Below, one piece after another: positions 23,916 to 24,583 of a DNA stretch of 24,583 bases (position 1 is the stretch's first letter; each line of letters begins with the position of its first letter). Source of the stretch: Candidatus Eiseniibacteriota bacterium (GTDB lineage: Bacteria > ARS69); NCBI GenBank assembly GCA_052390515.1, contig JBQTGV010000171.1, positions 1 to 24,583 on the forward strand, in the 5' to 3' direction. The translations under genes and the position numbers were made by a program. The notes below the pieces were generated by a model that saw only the letters and a list, made by a program, of their open reading frames with translations, did no database searches and was not told the origin of the DNA.

Positions 23916-24583
23916 CTAGTCCCGGGCGCGTTCCGGCGCCCGGAGCGTCGCCTCCAGCCAGCGGGCCTGGCGCTCGAGACCTTCCTCGACGGAGGTTCGT
24001 GGATTATAGCCGAACTCCTCGCGGCTCCGGGAGATGTCGGCGTGGGTGTGGGGAACGTCCCCCCGCTCGACTGCCCCGTGGTGGATCCGGGCCCGCCTCC
24101 CGAGCACGGTCTCGAGGATGCCCAGAATGTCCGTGAGGGGCCTCCGCGAGCCGCCGCCGACGTTGAAAACCTGACTTCGTGTTCTCGCATCGCCCGCCTG
24201 GATGGTCGCCGCCACGATGTCCGCGACGTAGGTACAGTCCCTACTTTGACTCCCGTCGCCGAACACGTCCAGCGGCCGGTCCTCGAGAATCGCGCGAATG
24301 AACTTGTGGAAGCCCATGTCGGGCCGCTGGCGAGGTCCATAGACCGTGAAGTAGCGCAGCGCGACGTAGTCCAGACCCCAGTTCTCGCGGTAGAGGGCAC
24401 AGAGGTGCTCGCCGGTGACCTTCGTGGCCCCGTACGGGGAGTTCGGCTTGAGGATCACTTCCTCCGGCGTGGGCAGCGGCTGGCTCTTGCCGTAGACCGA
24501 CGAGGACGAGGCGAAGACGAGACGGCAGGCGCTCCGCTCCTTGAGCGCTTCGAGCAGCTTCTGCGTCGCGCGCACGTTTTGAT
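23916..24583 (-). CDS. NAD-dependent epimerase/dehydratase (UDP-glucuronate 4-epimerase-like SDR), 5' part outside the window
   Basis: ASSSSVYG, catalytic YGATK (YxxxK), RYFTVYGPRQRPDM, FGDGSQSRDCTYVADI, GDVPHTHAD. The N-terminal GxxGxxG lies beyond the window edge. Confidence 0.92.
   Translation of the reverse strand, partial: QNVRATQKLLEALKERSACRLVFASSSSVYGKSQPLPTPEEVILKPNSPYGATKVTGEHLCALYRENWGLDYVALRYFTVYGPRQRPDMGFHKFIRAILEDRPLDVFGDGSQSRDCTYVADIVAATIQAGDARTRSQVFNVGGGSRRPLTDILGILETVLGRRARIHHGAVERGDVPHTHADISRSREEFGYNPRTSVEEGLERQARWLEATLRAPERARD

Noticed and set aside
1-24583. tRNA/rRNA, CRISPR array, IS/integrase, intrinsic terminators, defence systems
   Set aside because: No spacer exceeds about 120 bp, and I saw no regular repeats, U-tailed hairpins or relevant protein motifs.

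Overview
High-GC (roughly 70% by eye) bacterial DNA, almost fully coding, with 19 genes of a cell-surface glycan/glycolipid biosynthesis locus that runs off both window edges. Eighteen genes are on the minus strand and are tightly coupled, many by 4-nt NTGA stop/start overlaps. In transcription order (right to left) they are: NDP-sugar epimerase (partial), two B12-binding radical SAM enzymes, [a single plus-strand LPG-synthase-TM/flippase-like gene inserted antisense], a membrane-anchored sulfatase-fold protein with Thr at the nucleophile position, GT4, GT2, polyprenol-P GT2, GT-C+TPR #1, DUF2304, GT-C+TPR #2, polyprenol-P GT2, Gfo/Idh/MocA oxidoreductase, ArnC/GtrB-like GT2, DPM1-like GT2, a GT2 fused to an apparently catalytically dead WcaJ/WbaP-like module, a secreted beta-propeller with a T9SS-type C-terminal domain (PorZ-like), amidohydrolase, GT4-like protein and a Wzx-like flippase (partial). 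Main hypothesis (inference): this is a glycan-anchor or protein-glycosylation system of a high-GC, FCB-related bacterium, in which a PorZ-like T9SS attachment protein is co-encoded with the enzymes that build and modify the glycan. No RNA genes, CRISPR arrays or mobile elements were seen. Family calls come from motif recognition only; no database searches were run.
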